The notes: generated by a model from the letters alone, not told the origin. 64,000 nucleotides of DNA from an uncultured Pseudomonadota bacterium (GCA_963725905.1 CAVSAG010000003.1:449546-513545), one strand, 5' to 3'. Positions 44,552-53,454 are shown, numbered from the stretch's first letter. A program made the numbers and translations.

Positions 44552-46599
44552 GTGTTGTTCCAAATCAGAGAACTTGTCCTCTGGCCGCGCGACACAGCCT
44601 TCGCTCCGCGACGCGTGCCATTTGCGCCGGGGAAGGTCACGGTGATCAGCGGTGCTTCACGCACAGGAAAGTCTGCCGTCATACCAATAATCGACTATTG
44701 CTTGGCCTCCAGTGCCTGCCTGATCCCTGTCAAGACGATCCGTGAGGCCTCTGAGTGGTTTGGGATCGTGGTCAGCACCGCCAATGGCGATAAGTTGCTC
44801 GCGCGTCGGGAGCCCGGGAGTCAGCGGTCTACAGATGACAGGTTTCTCCTCGAGGCTCCCACAATTTCAGAGGTGCCTAGAGTCATCAGAAAGAACACGA
44901 GTGCGCCCGAGGTGCGCAGACTTCTCGATGAACTGGCAGGTCTCGAACCTGGACTTCGGTAGCGGTGAGACGCAGCAAGGCTTCGACGCGAGGCCGAGTT
45001 TCCCAGACCTAAGTGCCTTCACATTCCAGCCAGAATGTTGTCGCCAACCGAGAGATCCTGTTTTCAAAACGGATCGCTACGAACATCGTGAAAGCTTCGC
45101 AAGATATTCCCCTACGTTCTCGGCGCTATCACCCCGACTTTGCTGGCCGAACAACACGAGCTTAGGCGGCTGCAGACGGAATTGAAGCGAAAAGAACGAG
45201 AACTGCGCGATGCGCAGCAGATATCCGCGCAGTGGATTGCTGAGCTGAGAGCGCGGGTCAGCGAGGCGCGAGAGCTCGGCTTGCTGCCGATGGCGGCATC
45301 AGGTGATCTCGCTGAAGCGATGATCGTGCTCCTGAGGAAATTGTAACAGCGGACGGACGCGACTTTAGCCGTCAGTGCATCGACGATCTCGGACGCTGTT
45401 CGCGAACTGAATGCGCTCGACAATGAGGAGTCGAGTGTATCCCACGACCTAACAAGGCTTCGCTGGCGCCTTACGGAAATGAACCGCGTGCGCGAGAGCG
45501 TCACTAGCTATCGCGACGCTCTGCGGATACAGCGTGATCGACTTAGCTTGGCGGACTGGCTTGGAACCCACAGATCGGGCGATGAAAAGTGTCCGCTGTG
45601 TGGTGGAGGAACGGAGCCCAGCGAGAAAATGCTGCATGAACTCCAGGCATCCCTAGTGGAGCTTGCTCGTGAGGCGGGCGATACGTTCGAGGTTCCCGAA
45701 GTTTGACCGGGAATTCGAGAGGGTTCAGACGGACGTAAATGACGTCGCCGACAAGCTGAAGGCTGTGCAGATTCGCAAGCGAGCGCTGTCGCAGCGGTCG
45801 AAGGAGTAGATGATATGCAATACCAGGCGAAGAAGGTCGAGCGCTTCATAGGTAATCTCGAGAACGCGCTGACGTTGTACCGACGCCTCGGCGAGGACGG
45901 AGGGATCGCGACGGAGGTCGAGATGTTGCGCCTGCAGGTCGCGAAACTGACCGAAGAACTCCGTGCGCAAAACCTCGACGAACGGAAACGCCGCGCTTTG
46001 CGTATCGTCAACGGAAACGCTGGTCGCCTAATGCCGCTGCTGGATACCGAACGACCAACCGATCCTGTATCGCTGACATCAACGATCTGACGATCAGGGT
46101 AACGGGCACGGCGCGTGAAGACTACCTCTCCGAGATCGGCAGCGGATCAAATTGGCTCTCGTATCACCTCGCCATGAGTCTCGGCCTTCAGCAGTTTCTG
46201 ATCACCTTAGACCACAACGCAGTCCCGAGCTTTCTCGTGTTCGATCAGCCGAGTCAGGTCTATTTTCCTAAGAGAGCGGCGATTCGCGACTCGGAGGTGC
46301 CGGACGATCCGGGGCTCAGAGACGAAGACACCGAGGCCGTTCGGAAGGCATTCGAGGTAATGGGTCTGGTTGTAGGTAGTGCCAAGGGTCGACTCCAGAT
46401 CATTGTTCTCGACCATGCGCCTCGTGAAGTGTGGGGATCGGTTCCCAACGTGGTTGAGTTCGAGGAGTGGCGCGGCGGGAAGAAGCTCGTCCCTCCGGAG
46501 TGGATTCTAAGTAGCCGTCAGGCGTGGGCGGTAGCGGAGGCGGCCGGACGGGCTGGGGAGGCGGTGAGGTGTTGCGGCCGCTTGAGGGGTGAGTGCTAG
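44552..46599 (+). pseudogene. DUF3732-type ABC/SMC-like ATPase of an ABC-3C system, multiply disrupted
   Basis: N-terminus [65 protein letters not shown] (Walker A). Then FTFQP/QNVVANREILFSK/TDRYEHRE/KLRKIFPYVLGAITPTLLAEQHELRRLQTELKRKERELRDAQ. Coiled coil with KCPLCGG (~45589-45606). C-terminus DINDLTIRVTGTAREDYLSEIGSGSNWLSYHLAMSLGLQQFL...VPSFLVFDQPSQVYFP...LQIIVLDHAP. Lesions: frameshifts near 44930, 45030, 45068, 45093, 45705, 45808 and 46075, plus an in-frame TAA at 45344-45346. The native stop was probably near 46510; the ORF tail runs into leader copy M. Confidence 0.75.
46521..46597. repeat. G-rich cassette leader, copy M
   Basis: ggcgtgggcggtagcggaggcggccggacgggctggggaggcggtgaggtgttgcggccgcttgaggggtgagtgc. 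This is a high-GC patch inside the low-GC island, collinear with 42651-42730. Shared blocks: GCGGAGGCGGC.GGACGGG, GGGGAGGCGG, GGTGTTG.GG, GAGGGG.TG.G.GC. Confidence 0.7.
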
Positions 46600-46842
46600 A
46601 CAGGACCGTCAATGACACTTCGTAGGTATGACGGTAGACACTCGAGGGCGGCCATCTCCATGGGCTCAACCTCACGCCGGGCGGTGGGTGACCTGTGTTG
46701 TCTTGTGACCGGCGACGGTATACAGTTGTTCAGGTATGGTCCTCCGGCTTCTCGATGGCCTCCAGAACCGAAGAACGAAGCCCATCCAAAAATGCGCTTC
46801 GGTGAGCGGCAGGTAGAGTCATGCTCCGCTTATCTCGTCACC

Positions 46843-47727
46843 ATGAACATCTTCGACTCGCCGGCCCAAACGCTGGTGAATACGGTGAATACCGTCGGGA
46901 TCATACTGGGCAAGGGAATCGCCGCCGAATATAAGAAACGATACCCCGAGATGTTCCACCGGTACGCCGAGTTCTGCGCCAACGGAATGCTAACCACCGG
47001 GATGTTGTACCTCTATCGAAGCCCGAACAAGTGGGTGCTGAACTTCCCAACCAAGCGTCATTGGCGGAATCCTTCCAAAGTAGAATACATTGAGGAGGGA
47101 CTTAAGAAGTTCGTGGCCACCTGGGCTGAGTACGGCATCACGAGCATCTCGTTTCCACAGTTGGGTACAGGCAACGGCGGGCTGGACTGGGAAAAGGCCG
47201 TTCAGCCCCTGATGGAGCGACACCTAAAGGATCTGCCCCTATCGATATTCATCCACGTTGCGAAGACCCGCTCCGATTTGTCCCTGAGCAGAAGAACGCG
47301 GTCAGCCGGAAGCACTTGCTCAAACCGAGAGTGGACGTCAGTTTCAATGAGTTTTTTTCTGATTCCTCTCGGAACACGCGAGTGGCGTGGAGCCGGTGGC
47401 GAGCAATGAGACCGGACGAGAGGAGCCAGAACCTCTTCCGCGGCTCCGATGCTCCGATCGTCTGACCATAGCCGGGGAGGATTTGCGCTCTCTGTGGCTC
47501 TATTAACCTTGCGCGGGGCGTTGCGGATCGACGAATTCCCCGCCAGCCTCAAGAAGCATTCTGAGGTCGTAACTTCGTTACTTCTTCAGCTCGGCTACAT
47601 CCGTCCGGCTCAGTTCACGGGCGATAGCGCGCGCAACATGAGAGGAATCCGCTTCGCTCCTGCTGCCGATGAGTCTCCTGAGTCAACTCAGCCGATGACG
47701 CCCGAGCTTGAAGCCCTGGGCCGGTAA
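46843..47727 (+). pseudogene. DarG-like macrodomain protein with a C-terminal extension, disrupted by frameshifts
   Basis: From the ATG at 46843: MNIFDSPAQTLVNTVNTVGIILGKGIAAEYKKRYPEMFHRYAEFCANGMLTTGMLYLYRSPNKWVLNFPTKRHWRNPSKVEYIEEGLKKFVATWAEYGITSISFPQLGTGNGGLDWEKAVQPLMERHLKDLPLSIFIHV. These are the macrodomain hallmarks VNTVN..G..GKGIA, FPTKRHWR and GNGGLDW. The reading continues in other frames: EDPLRFVPEQKNAVSRKHLLKPRVDVSFNEFFSDS... and ...LTLRGALRIDEFPASLKKHSEVVTSLLLQLGYIRPAQF. Frameshifts near 47255, 47463 and 47505. Confidence 0.8.
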
Positions 47728-47773
47728 GCTTCGGCAGCATGTCTTTGGCTGGCAGAAAACGCTGCCAAAGGAC

Positions 47774-48609
47774 ATGGCCCAGTTCGTCTATCGCTTCGAC
47801 GAACTTAAGAATGCCATCAATATCTTAAACCAGGGGTACTGGCCCAGTTGAGCCGAGTGCGAGAGGCGGGGTGTTCCGTTCGTAGATTGCGCGAGTTCAA
47901 CCGTCATCGCGAACACCCTCGGCTCCCATAAGGACTTCGTCCGCATTCTATCCTCGAACCCCGACGCAGTACCACAACGAAGGGATCCGGCCCGTATCGT
48001 CCTATTCGAACCAGGGGGCTCACTGCGCTGTACCCGTGTTCATGATGTTCGATTTCGTGAACTTGCTCGCCGACGACCAGACGCAGTTTTCGATAGGAAA
48101 CATGGCGAGCGCTGGCGTTGAGTTCGGCGCCAGTGAGGCACTCTTCGCAGAGTATTCCATTCGACCTCGTATATCACCGAGGATCGACCTGGGGCCATCA
48201 GAATGCCGGTACGATTACGTTTCATCGCCACGCCGAAGTGCTGGTGCCCGTGAGCTTGTCCACAGAGGGAATCAAGCGGATCGTTTGCCGTTCGCATCCC
48301 GAACGCCGAACGCTCCTGTACGGGTTGAGCCCGGGAATCCGTGCGCGCTTTGAAAACGTAGTTAGCGTCGAGGCAAGTGAGTTTTTCGAGCGCGCTTGGG
48401 CGTTTGTTGAAAAGGTCGAGCCGGGAAACGGTTCTTTGAAATTTACCTTTCATGCTGCCGATTCTCTCCCATCACCCCTGCGTGTGACCTTCAGGTACGA
48501 GGACGGGACCCGTACGTGGGGCTGGCAAGAACACTGGCAACTTCGCAGGCCGTTGACTATGGACCTCTCGAAGGCCGGTCCTATGGGAGTGGCGACGCTC
48601 TGGATTTGA
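47774..48609 (+). pseudogene. DarT-like ADP-ribosyltransferase with a C-terminal extension, disrupted
   Basis: Pieced translation: MAQFVYRFDELKNAINILNQGYWPS*AECERRGVPFVDCASSTVIANTLGSHKDFVR / FYPRTPTQYHNEGIRPVSSYSNQGAHCAVPVFMMFDFVNLLADDQTQFSIGNMASAGVEFGASEALFAE / IPFDLVYHRGSTWGHQNAGTITFHRHAEVLVPVSLSTEGIKRIVCRSHPERRTLLYGL..., followed by ~100 aa more. The motif order (N-terminal ..NIL..G, F.PRTP..Y, FS.GN.AS, RHAEVLVP) parallels DarT/DUF4433 as I remember it. Lesions: in-frame TGA at 47849-47851 and frameshifts near 47945 and 48155. Confidence 0.5.
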
Positions 48610-48667
48610 AGGAGCCAAGGCGTTCCAAGACAAGGTTATTCTCACTGAAGCGCCACTCTGATCGCAG

Positions 48668-48700
48668 GCCGCCCCACCCTCGACACCCCGCCCCCTCCTC
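48668..48700. repeat. Possible inverted partial copy of the G-rich leader at the right island edge
   Basis: The reverse complement gaggagggggcggggtgtcgagggtggggcggc resembles ggggaggcggggcgggtgt...tcgaggggctggggcgcggc of copy L. It is short and low-complexity, so this is tentative. Confidence 0.3.
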
Positions 48701-48716
48701 TGCTAAACCCGCGCCC

Positions 48717-49913
48717 ATGAAACTCTTCGTCGAGGACCTCCCCGTCACTGGCAAGCGCGTCATCGTGCGCGTCGACTTCAACGTCCCCCTGAAGGACGGG
48801 AAGGTGGAGAGCGACAAGCGGCTCCGGGAGTCGCTGCCGACCATCGAGTACCTGCGCAAGAAAGAGGCGAAGGTGATCTTGATGTCGCACCTCGGGCGGC
48901 CCGACGGGAAGCGCGTGCCGGAGATGAGCCTGCGGCCCGTCGCCGATGCGCTCTCCGCGCTCCTCAACTCGCCCGTCGCCTTCGCCGAGGACTGCGTCGG
49001 GCCGGCCGCCGAGAAGGCCGTCTCCGCGCTCGCCCCCGGCGGCGTGCTCCTGCTCGAGAACCTCCGCTTTCACGCCGCCGAGGAGGAGAACGATCCCGCG
49101 TTTGCCAAGCAGCTCGCCGCGCTGGCCGACGTCTACGTGAACGACGCGTTCGGCAGCGCCCACCGCGCGCACGCGTCGACCGAGGGGATCACCAAGTTCG
49201 TGCCGCAGGCGGCGTCGGGGTTCCTCATGAAGAAGGAGCTCGACTACCTGGGCGAGGCGCTCGGGAATCCGAAGCGGCCGTTCGTCGCGGTGATCGGCGG
49301 GTCGAAGGTGTCGGGGAAGATCGACGTCATCAAGAACCTCCTGCCGCGCGTCGACAAGCTGCTGATCGGCGGCGGCATGACCTACACGTTCCTGAAGGCG
49401 CAGGGGCTGGAGGTCGGCAAGTCGATCGTGGAGAACGACAAGATCGAGCTCGCCAAGAGCCTGATGGCCGAGGCCGGCGACAAGCTGGTGCTGGGGACCG
49501 ACTTCGTGGCGACCGACAAGCTGGACTTCAAGGCGCGCACCGTGGGGGCGACCAAGGTCGTGACCAGGACGACCATCCCGGCCGACTGGGAGTGCGTCGA
49601 CATCGGGCCGGAGACCACGGCGGAGTTCACCAAGATCCTGCTCGGCGCCAAGACCGTCTGCTGGAACGGCCCGGTGGGCGTGTTCGAGATTGATGCCACC
49701 GCCAAGGGGACGATCGCCGTCGCCGAGGCGCTGGCCAAGGCGACCGCGGCCGGCGCGACCACCATCATCGGCGGCGGCGATTCGGCGTCTGCCGTGAAGA
49801 AGGCGGGCGTCGCCAGCAAGGTGTCGCACGTCTCGACCGGCGGCGGCGCGTCGCTGGAGTTCCTCGAGGGCAAGGTGCTCCCGGGCGTCGCGGCGCTCAG
49901 CGACAAGAAGTGA
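48717..49913 (+). CDS. pgk: Phosphoglycerate kinase
   Basis: ATG at 48717 inside the listed 48516..49913 ORF. 398 aa. VIVRVDFNVPL, LMSHLGRPDG, NDAFGSAHRAHAST, AVIGGSKVSGKI, LLIGGGMTYTF, WNGPVGVFE, STGGGASLEFLEG. Confidence 0.95.
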   Translation: MKLFVEDLPVTGKRVIVRVDFNVPLKDGKVESDKRLRESLPTIEYLRKKEAKVILMSHLGRPDGKRVPEMSLRPVADALSALLNSPVAFAEDCVGPAAEKAVSALAPGGVLLLENLRFHAAEEENDPAFAKQLAALADVYVNDAFGSAHRAHASTEGITKFVPQAASGFLMKKELDYLGEALGNPKRPFVAVIGGSKVSGKIDVIKNLLPRVDKLLIGGGMTYTFLKAQGLEVGKSIVENDKIELAKSLMAEAGDKLVLGTDFVATDKLDFKARTVGATKVVTRTTIPADWECVDIGPETTAEFTKILLGAKTVCWNGPVGVFEIDATAKGTIAVAEALAKATAAGATTIIGGGDSASAVKKAGVASKVSHVSTGGGASLEFLEGKVLPGVAALSDKK

Positions 49914-49948
49914 GCGACGGCCTGCGCGCGTAGGGAATTCGAACAGGG

Positions 49949-49965
49949 CGTCTCAAAACGAGACG
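49949..49965. terminator. Weak hairpin between the convergent pgk and 49953(-) genes
   Basis: cgtctc-aaaac-gagacg: a 6-bp stem with no U-tract, overlapping the stop codon of the minus-strand gene. Confidence 0.2.
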
Positions 49966-50630
49966 GTCGCACCGCCGAACGCGAAGCGCTGGGCCGGGTC
50001 GTAGCCCAGCTGCCATTGCAGCGGCTGCTTGCTCAGCCGATTGTTCTTGTTCACCAGGTCCGTCAGCTCCTGGTGGGTGGGCCAGCTGGCGTAGGCGACC
50101 AAGCCTCCGGCAATCATCGCGCCGACACCCAGAAAGCCGAACGCCGCCATCTTCTCGACGTTCCCCTGGTTGCAAGCGCCCCAGGCCGCGGAGTCCGCCG
50201 CGAAATTGGGGTCGGTGATCGAGGGTTGGGCGCAGTTGTCCGCGCTCGCCACGCCATAGATCACGGAAATTAGACCGACGGCGATTCCGCCCGCCAAGAC
50301 GACCTTCGCCCTGTCTTCCCGGGACTCGAGGCGCGCCGCATCCGGCGCCAGCTGCCCGTAGAGACCGGGATCGCTCGACCTGATGCTCTCCAGGTACGCC
50401 TGGAACCCGGTGACGCTGGCGTCGAAGCGCTGGTTCCCGGCCTGGAGGTGCTCGGGAATCACGACCGCGCTCTGATTCGAGGCGGCCTGCTGCTGGAGCA
50501 TCTGTTGATTCATATTCTGCTGGAGCAGTTGCTGTTGCAGGATCTGATCCTCCTGCGCTCGCCCGGCACGCGGCGCGAGGACCGCGGCAACCAGCAGGCT
50601 CACTCCCAACGACACTCGATATTTCGTCAT
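49953..50630 (-). CDS. Exported Gln-rich protein with C-terminal membrane segments (hypothetical)
   Basis: ATG at 50630 inside the listed 49953..50927 ORF. MTKYRVSLGVSLLVAAVLAPRAGRAQ signal, a QQQLLQQNMNQQMLQQQ stretch, two hydrophobic helices, and the ending ...AFGGATVSF. Confidence 0.65.
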   Translation of the reverse strand: MTKYRVSLGVSLLVAAVLAPRAGRAQEDQILQQQLLQQNMNQQMLQQQAASNQSAVVIPEHLQAGNQRFDASVTGFQAYLESIRSSDPGLYGQLAPDAARLESREDRAKVVLAGGIAVGLISVIYGVASADNCAQPSITDPNFAADSAAWGACNQGNVEKMAAFGFLGVGAMIAGGLVAYASWPTHQELTDLVNKNNRLSKQPLQWQLGYDPAQRFAFGGATVSF

Positions 50631-50740
50631 GACTCCTCCCGATCGACGCTCCGGGCAGAAACCACAGCAATCAGAGGGCCAACCACCCGCTGGCGTTTTT
50701 GGTGAGCACCCGCAGAAGGGAGGTCTAAGCTCGAACGACA

Positions 50741-51385
50741 ATGTATGGGCGGGTTGGTCGTTCGCTAGCTCTGACCGCGTTGCTCGTTGCTTGCTCGAGC
50801 GCGCCGTTGACGCCGACGGGTGGTGGGGGCTTCGGTGCGTTGGGTGGAAGAGGCGCGGGCGGGAGAGGCGCGGCCGGAGCCGGCGGTCGGATGGCCGGAG
50901 GCGGAGGCGCGGCGGGCCCGGGTGCACCCGTCGATGCTTCGGCCCCCGATCCCTGGACGTACAACGGGCAGCCCGTGACCAAGATCGACGTCAAAGGGTG
51001 TCGCCCTTACTACGGGTGCGACGTCTGCACCCTGACGCTGGCTGGCTCTGCGGACGCGGCCGTGCCCAACAACTATGGTTTGCCTTCGCAGCTGCTCTGC
51101 TCCCCGCCGCCGGCCGAGCCCGGCACGGTCGATTCGTCGTCGCTCGTGGACCAAGGCGGCCTTTCGCTGCCCGCGCTTTGTGGATTCTCCGCTCCGGATG
51201 GGGGCTCCTCCCCGACGATCACCGAGATCGTCCTTCAGCCGGACGTCGGCCCGTCGCCCCGCAGCGGATTCCCGAACGCCTACTGTCAGTTCCTGCCCGG
51301 CCCGACGATCGCCGAACCGGATGGATGCCTCTTCCTGAACCTCCAGGATGATTTCTGCGTCTCCGATTGCTCGCAATGTCCGTAG
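50741..51385 (+). CDS. Cys-rich lipoprotein (paralog of 56217..56993)
   Basis: 214 aa. LALTALLVACSS lipobox and a Gly linker. Motifs shared with the paralog: APVDAS.PDPW.Y.G.PVT.IDVK.C, AYCQFLP, CVSDCS.CP. Confidence 0.7.
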   Translation: MYGRVGRSLALTALLVACSSAPLTPTGGGGFGALGGRGAGGRGAAGAGGRMAGGGGAAGPGAPVDASAPDPWTYNGQPVTKIDVKGCRPYYGCDVCTLTLAGSADAAVPNNYGLPSQLLCSPPPAEPGTVDSSSLVDQGGLSLPALCGFSAPDGGSSPTITEIVLQPDVGPSPRSGFPNAYCQFLPGPTIAEPDGCLFLNLQDDFCVSDCSQCP

Positions 51386-51482
51386 GTGGGCACGCCGTGG
51401 CGAGGACGTTCCTCGTCCTCGAGTTGCATGTCCCGGACCTGGGGCCGGTCGCTTTCCCGCAGGCCCGAAGCGCGCCGGGTCG

Positions 51483-52136
51483 TCAGCGCTTCTGGTAGGT
51501 CTCGGCCCGATCGGAGTTCGGGCTGCTCGTGCCCGAGTTCTTGATGAAGATCGTGAACGTCGTGGGGGTCGCCGTGAAGGTAGCCGTCGAGGTGTCGAGC
51601 GACAAGGGCCCACCGTCGACGCCAAGGTCGATGCAGGTCACGGTCCTGCTGATGGTCGCCCCCGACACCGTGCGGGTGGTGGAGACGGTCACCGGGATTG
51701 GCAAGCTGGTCACCTCCTGGACGCACGCGCCCGCGATCTCCAGCGTTGCGTTGACCGGTGTCGACGAGCAAGCCGTCGTGCCGTAGTAGGTCTGCGAGGT
51801 GAGCGTGTACGTCCCGTCGACGATTGTTCCCCCTCTCCCGGTCGGAATCGCTCCGGCCACGCAGGTCGGCGTGACTGCCGCGCCGACGCTCGCGACCGTG
51901 TTGCAGGCCTGACCGGCGGGGACGTTGGCGCTGCAGCTCCCGGCGCCGGCGTCCGACGCTGGGCCGTTGCCGGCGTCCGATGCGGCGTCGCCAGCATCCG
52001 CGACGGTCTTGCTGGCGTCCGATGTTGGGCCGTTGCCGGCGTCCGATGCGGCCTGGGGTGACCCGCAAGCGGCCCCAGCACAGAGGTACGCGATGGCCGC
52101 AACCCAAAGACAGCTCGCCCCGTATCGATAAGTCAT
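51483..52136 (-). CDS. Lipoprotein (paralog of 54820..55719)
   Basis: ATG at 52136 inside the listed 51483..52286 ORF. MTYRYGASCLWVAAIAYLCAGAACGS. DAG/DAS repeats. GGTIVDGTYTLTSQTYYG and the C-terminal ...FTATPTTFTIFIKNSG are shared with the paralog (GGTIVDGTYYLSESISYTG). Confidence 0.7.
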   Translation of the reverse strand: MTYRYGASCLWVAAIAYLCAGAACGSPQAASDAGNGPTSDASKTVADAGDAASDAGNGPASDAGAGSCSANVPAGQACNTVASVGAAVTPTCVAGAIPTGRGGTIVDGTYTLTSQTYYGTTACSSTPVNATLEIAGACVQEVTSLPIPVTVSTTRTVSGATISRTVTCIDLGVDGGPLSLDTSTATFTATPTTFTIFIKNSGTSSPNSDRAETYQKR

Positions 52137-52194
52137 GTGTGAGAGCGTACGCCGAAGCTCCACTGCCGCATAAATCGGGCGGCGGACGTCGGAG

Positions 52195-52659
52195 TTGTGG
52201 AATGCTTGCGCAATGGTCGATCGCCGCGCGTTCTCGGTCGCCGTCTTCTGCCGCAACGGCGGGGAGATCCTGCTCGTGCGCCACAAGCGCCTCGAGCTTT
52301 GGTTGCCGGTGGGGGGCGAGATCGAGCCGGGCGAGACGCCGCTCGAGGCCGCGCGCCGCGAGCTCCGCGAGGAGACCGGCCTCGAGGGCGTCTTCCCGAC
52401 CGTCTATCCGGCCGGCCAGGCGGCCGGCTTTGGCGTCGACGGCACGCCGCCCGGCCTCATCGGCTACGAGGAGCACCCGGCCGGCAGCAAGGGGCTGCAC
52501 CTGAACTTCGCGTTCGTCGCCGACGTCGCAAGTCGCGCGCTCGTTGCCTGCGACGAGTACACCGCCGTCCGTTGGGTCGGCGATCCCGTCGACGTCGAGT
52601 GCCCGCTCAACGTCCGCCAGCTGGTCCGCCTCGCGCTTGCCGCGGGTCGACCGGGATAA
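52195..52659 (+). CDS. NUDIX hydrolase
   Basis: 154 aa. Nudix box GGEIEPGETPLEAARRELREETGL. The start may be the Met at 52213. Confidence 0.85.
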   Translation: MWNACAMVDRRAFSVAVFCRNGGEILLVRHKRLELWLPVGGEIEPGETPLEAARRELREETGLEGVFPTVYPAGQAAGFGVDGTPPGLIGYEEHPAGSKGLHLNFAFVADVASRALVACDEYTAVRWVGDPVDVECPLNVRQLVRLALAAGRPG

Positions 52660-52664
52660 CGGCC

Positions 52665-53345
52665 GTGTGGTGGGTCGTCGGCGGGGTCCTGATCGCGGCG
52701 GCGGTCGTGCGGTGGGTCTCCGGCCGGGATCGCCCGGACGCCGTTCTCGACCAGCCCGAACGGGTCCGGCGCGCGTTCGAGGCGGTTCACCGCCGGCGGC
52801 GGACGGCGATCGCCGCGGCGGGGGAGGGGCCGGTGCTGATTGCCGGGAAGGTCGCCGCGCGGGACGAGCCGCTCACCTCGCTCCTGACCCGGCGACCCTG
52901 CGTGCTCTACGACGTGCGGATCGACGATCTCATGGCGTCGAGAAATGATTCCCGATGGACCGATCGGCAACCGTCGACGGTGATATTCAAGCGGCGCGAC
53001 GTGCGACCCTTCTTCGTCACCGACGAAACCGGTACGGCGCTGGTCGCGTTCGACGGCTTCGCGGAGGTGTCGTTCGTGGTGGCCGCACAGAGCTTCTCGG
53101 GCCGAAAGCTCCGGGAAGCAACCGCCATCCAGGAGGCGTTGTTCGAGCTCGGGGTGGCGTCTCACGGCGCCATCTCCGTCCAGGAGGCGGCCATCTTCGT
53201 CGGGGACGAGGTCAGCGTGGCCGGCGTGGGGATGCGCGAGGTCGCGCCGGACGGCGAGGTAGCCGGGCTACGTTCCGCGCCAACCCGGTACGTGGTTCGC
53301 GCCGATACCGAGCACTTCCTGGCGATCTTGAAGCGGAAGCACTGA
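52665..53345 (+). CDS. N-terminally anchored membrane protein (hypothetical)
   Basis: GTG at 52665 inside the listed 52197..53345 ORF. VWWVVGGVLIAAAVVRWV TM helix, then a globular domain (VLIAGKVAARDEPLTSLLTRRPCVLYDVRIDD...FFVTDETGTALVAFDG...VGDEVSVAGVG). Confidence 0.6.
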   Translation: MWWVVGGVLIAAAVVRWVSGRDRPDAVLDQPERVRRAFEAVHRRRRTAIAAAGEGPVLIAGKVAARDEPLTSLLTRRPCVLYDVRIDDLMASRNDSRWTDRQPSTVIFKRRDVRPFFVTDETGTALVAFDGFAEVSFVVAAQSFSGRKLREATAIQEALFELGVASHGAISVQEAAIFVGDEVSVAGVGMREVAPDGEVAGLRSAPTRYVVRADTEHFLAILKRKH

Positions 53346-53454
53346 GCACGTCGGCAACCGCCCGTTCGGCTTCCTCTTCTTCTTCGTTTCTTCTTCGTCC
53401 TCTTGGCCGGCGCGCTTTCTGTGAATCCGTAAATGCGTTAATAGTGAGCTCCTA

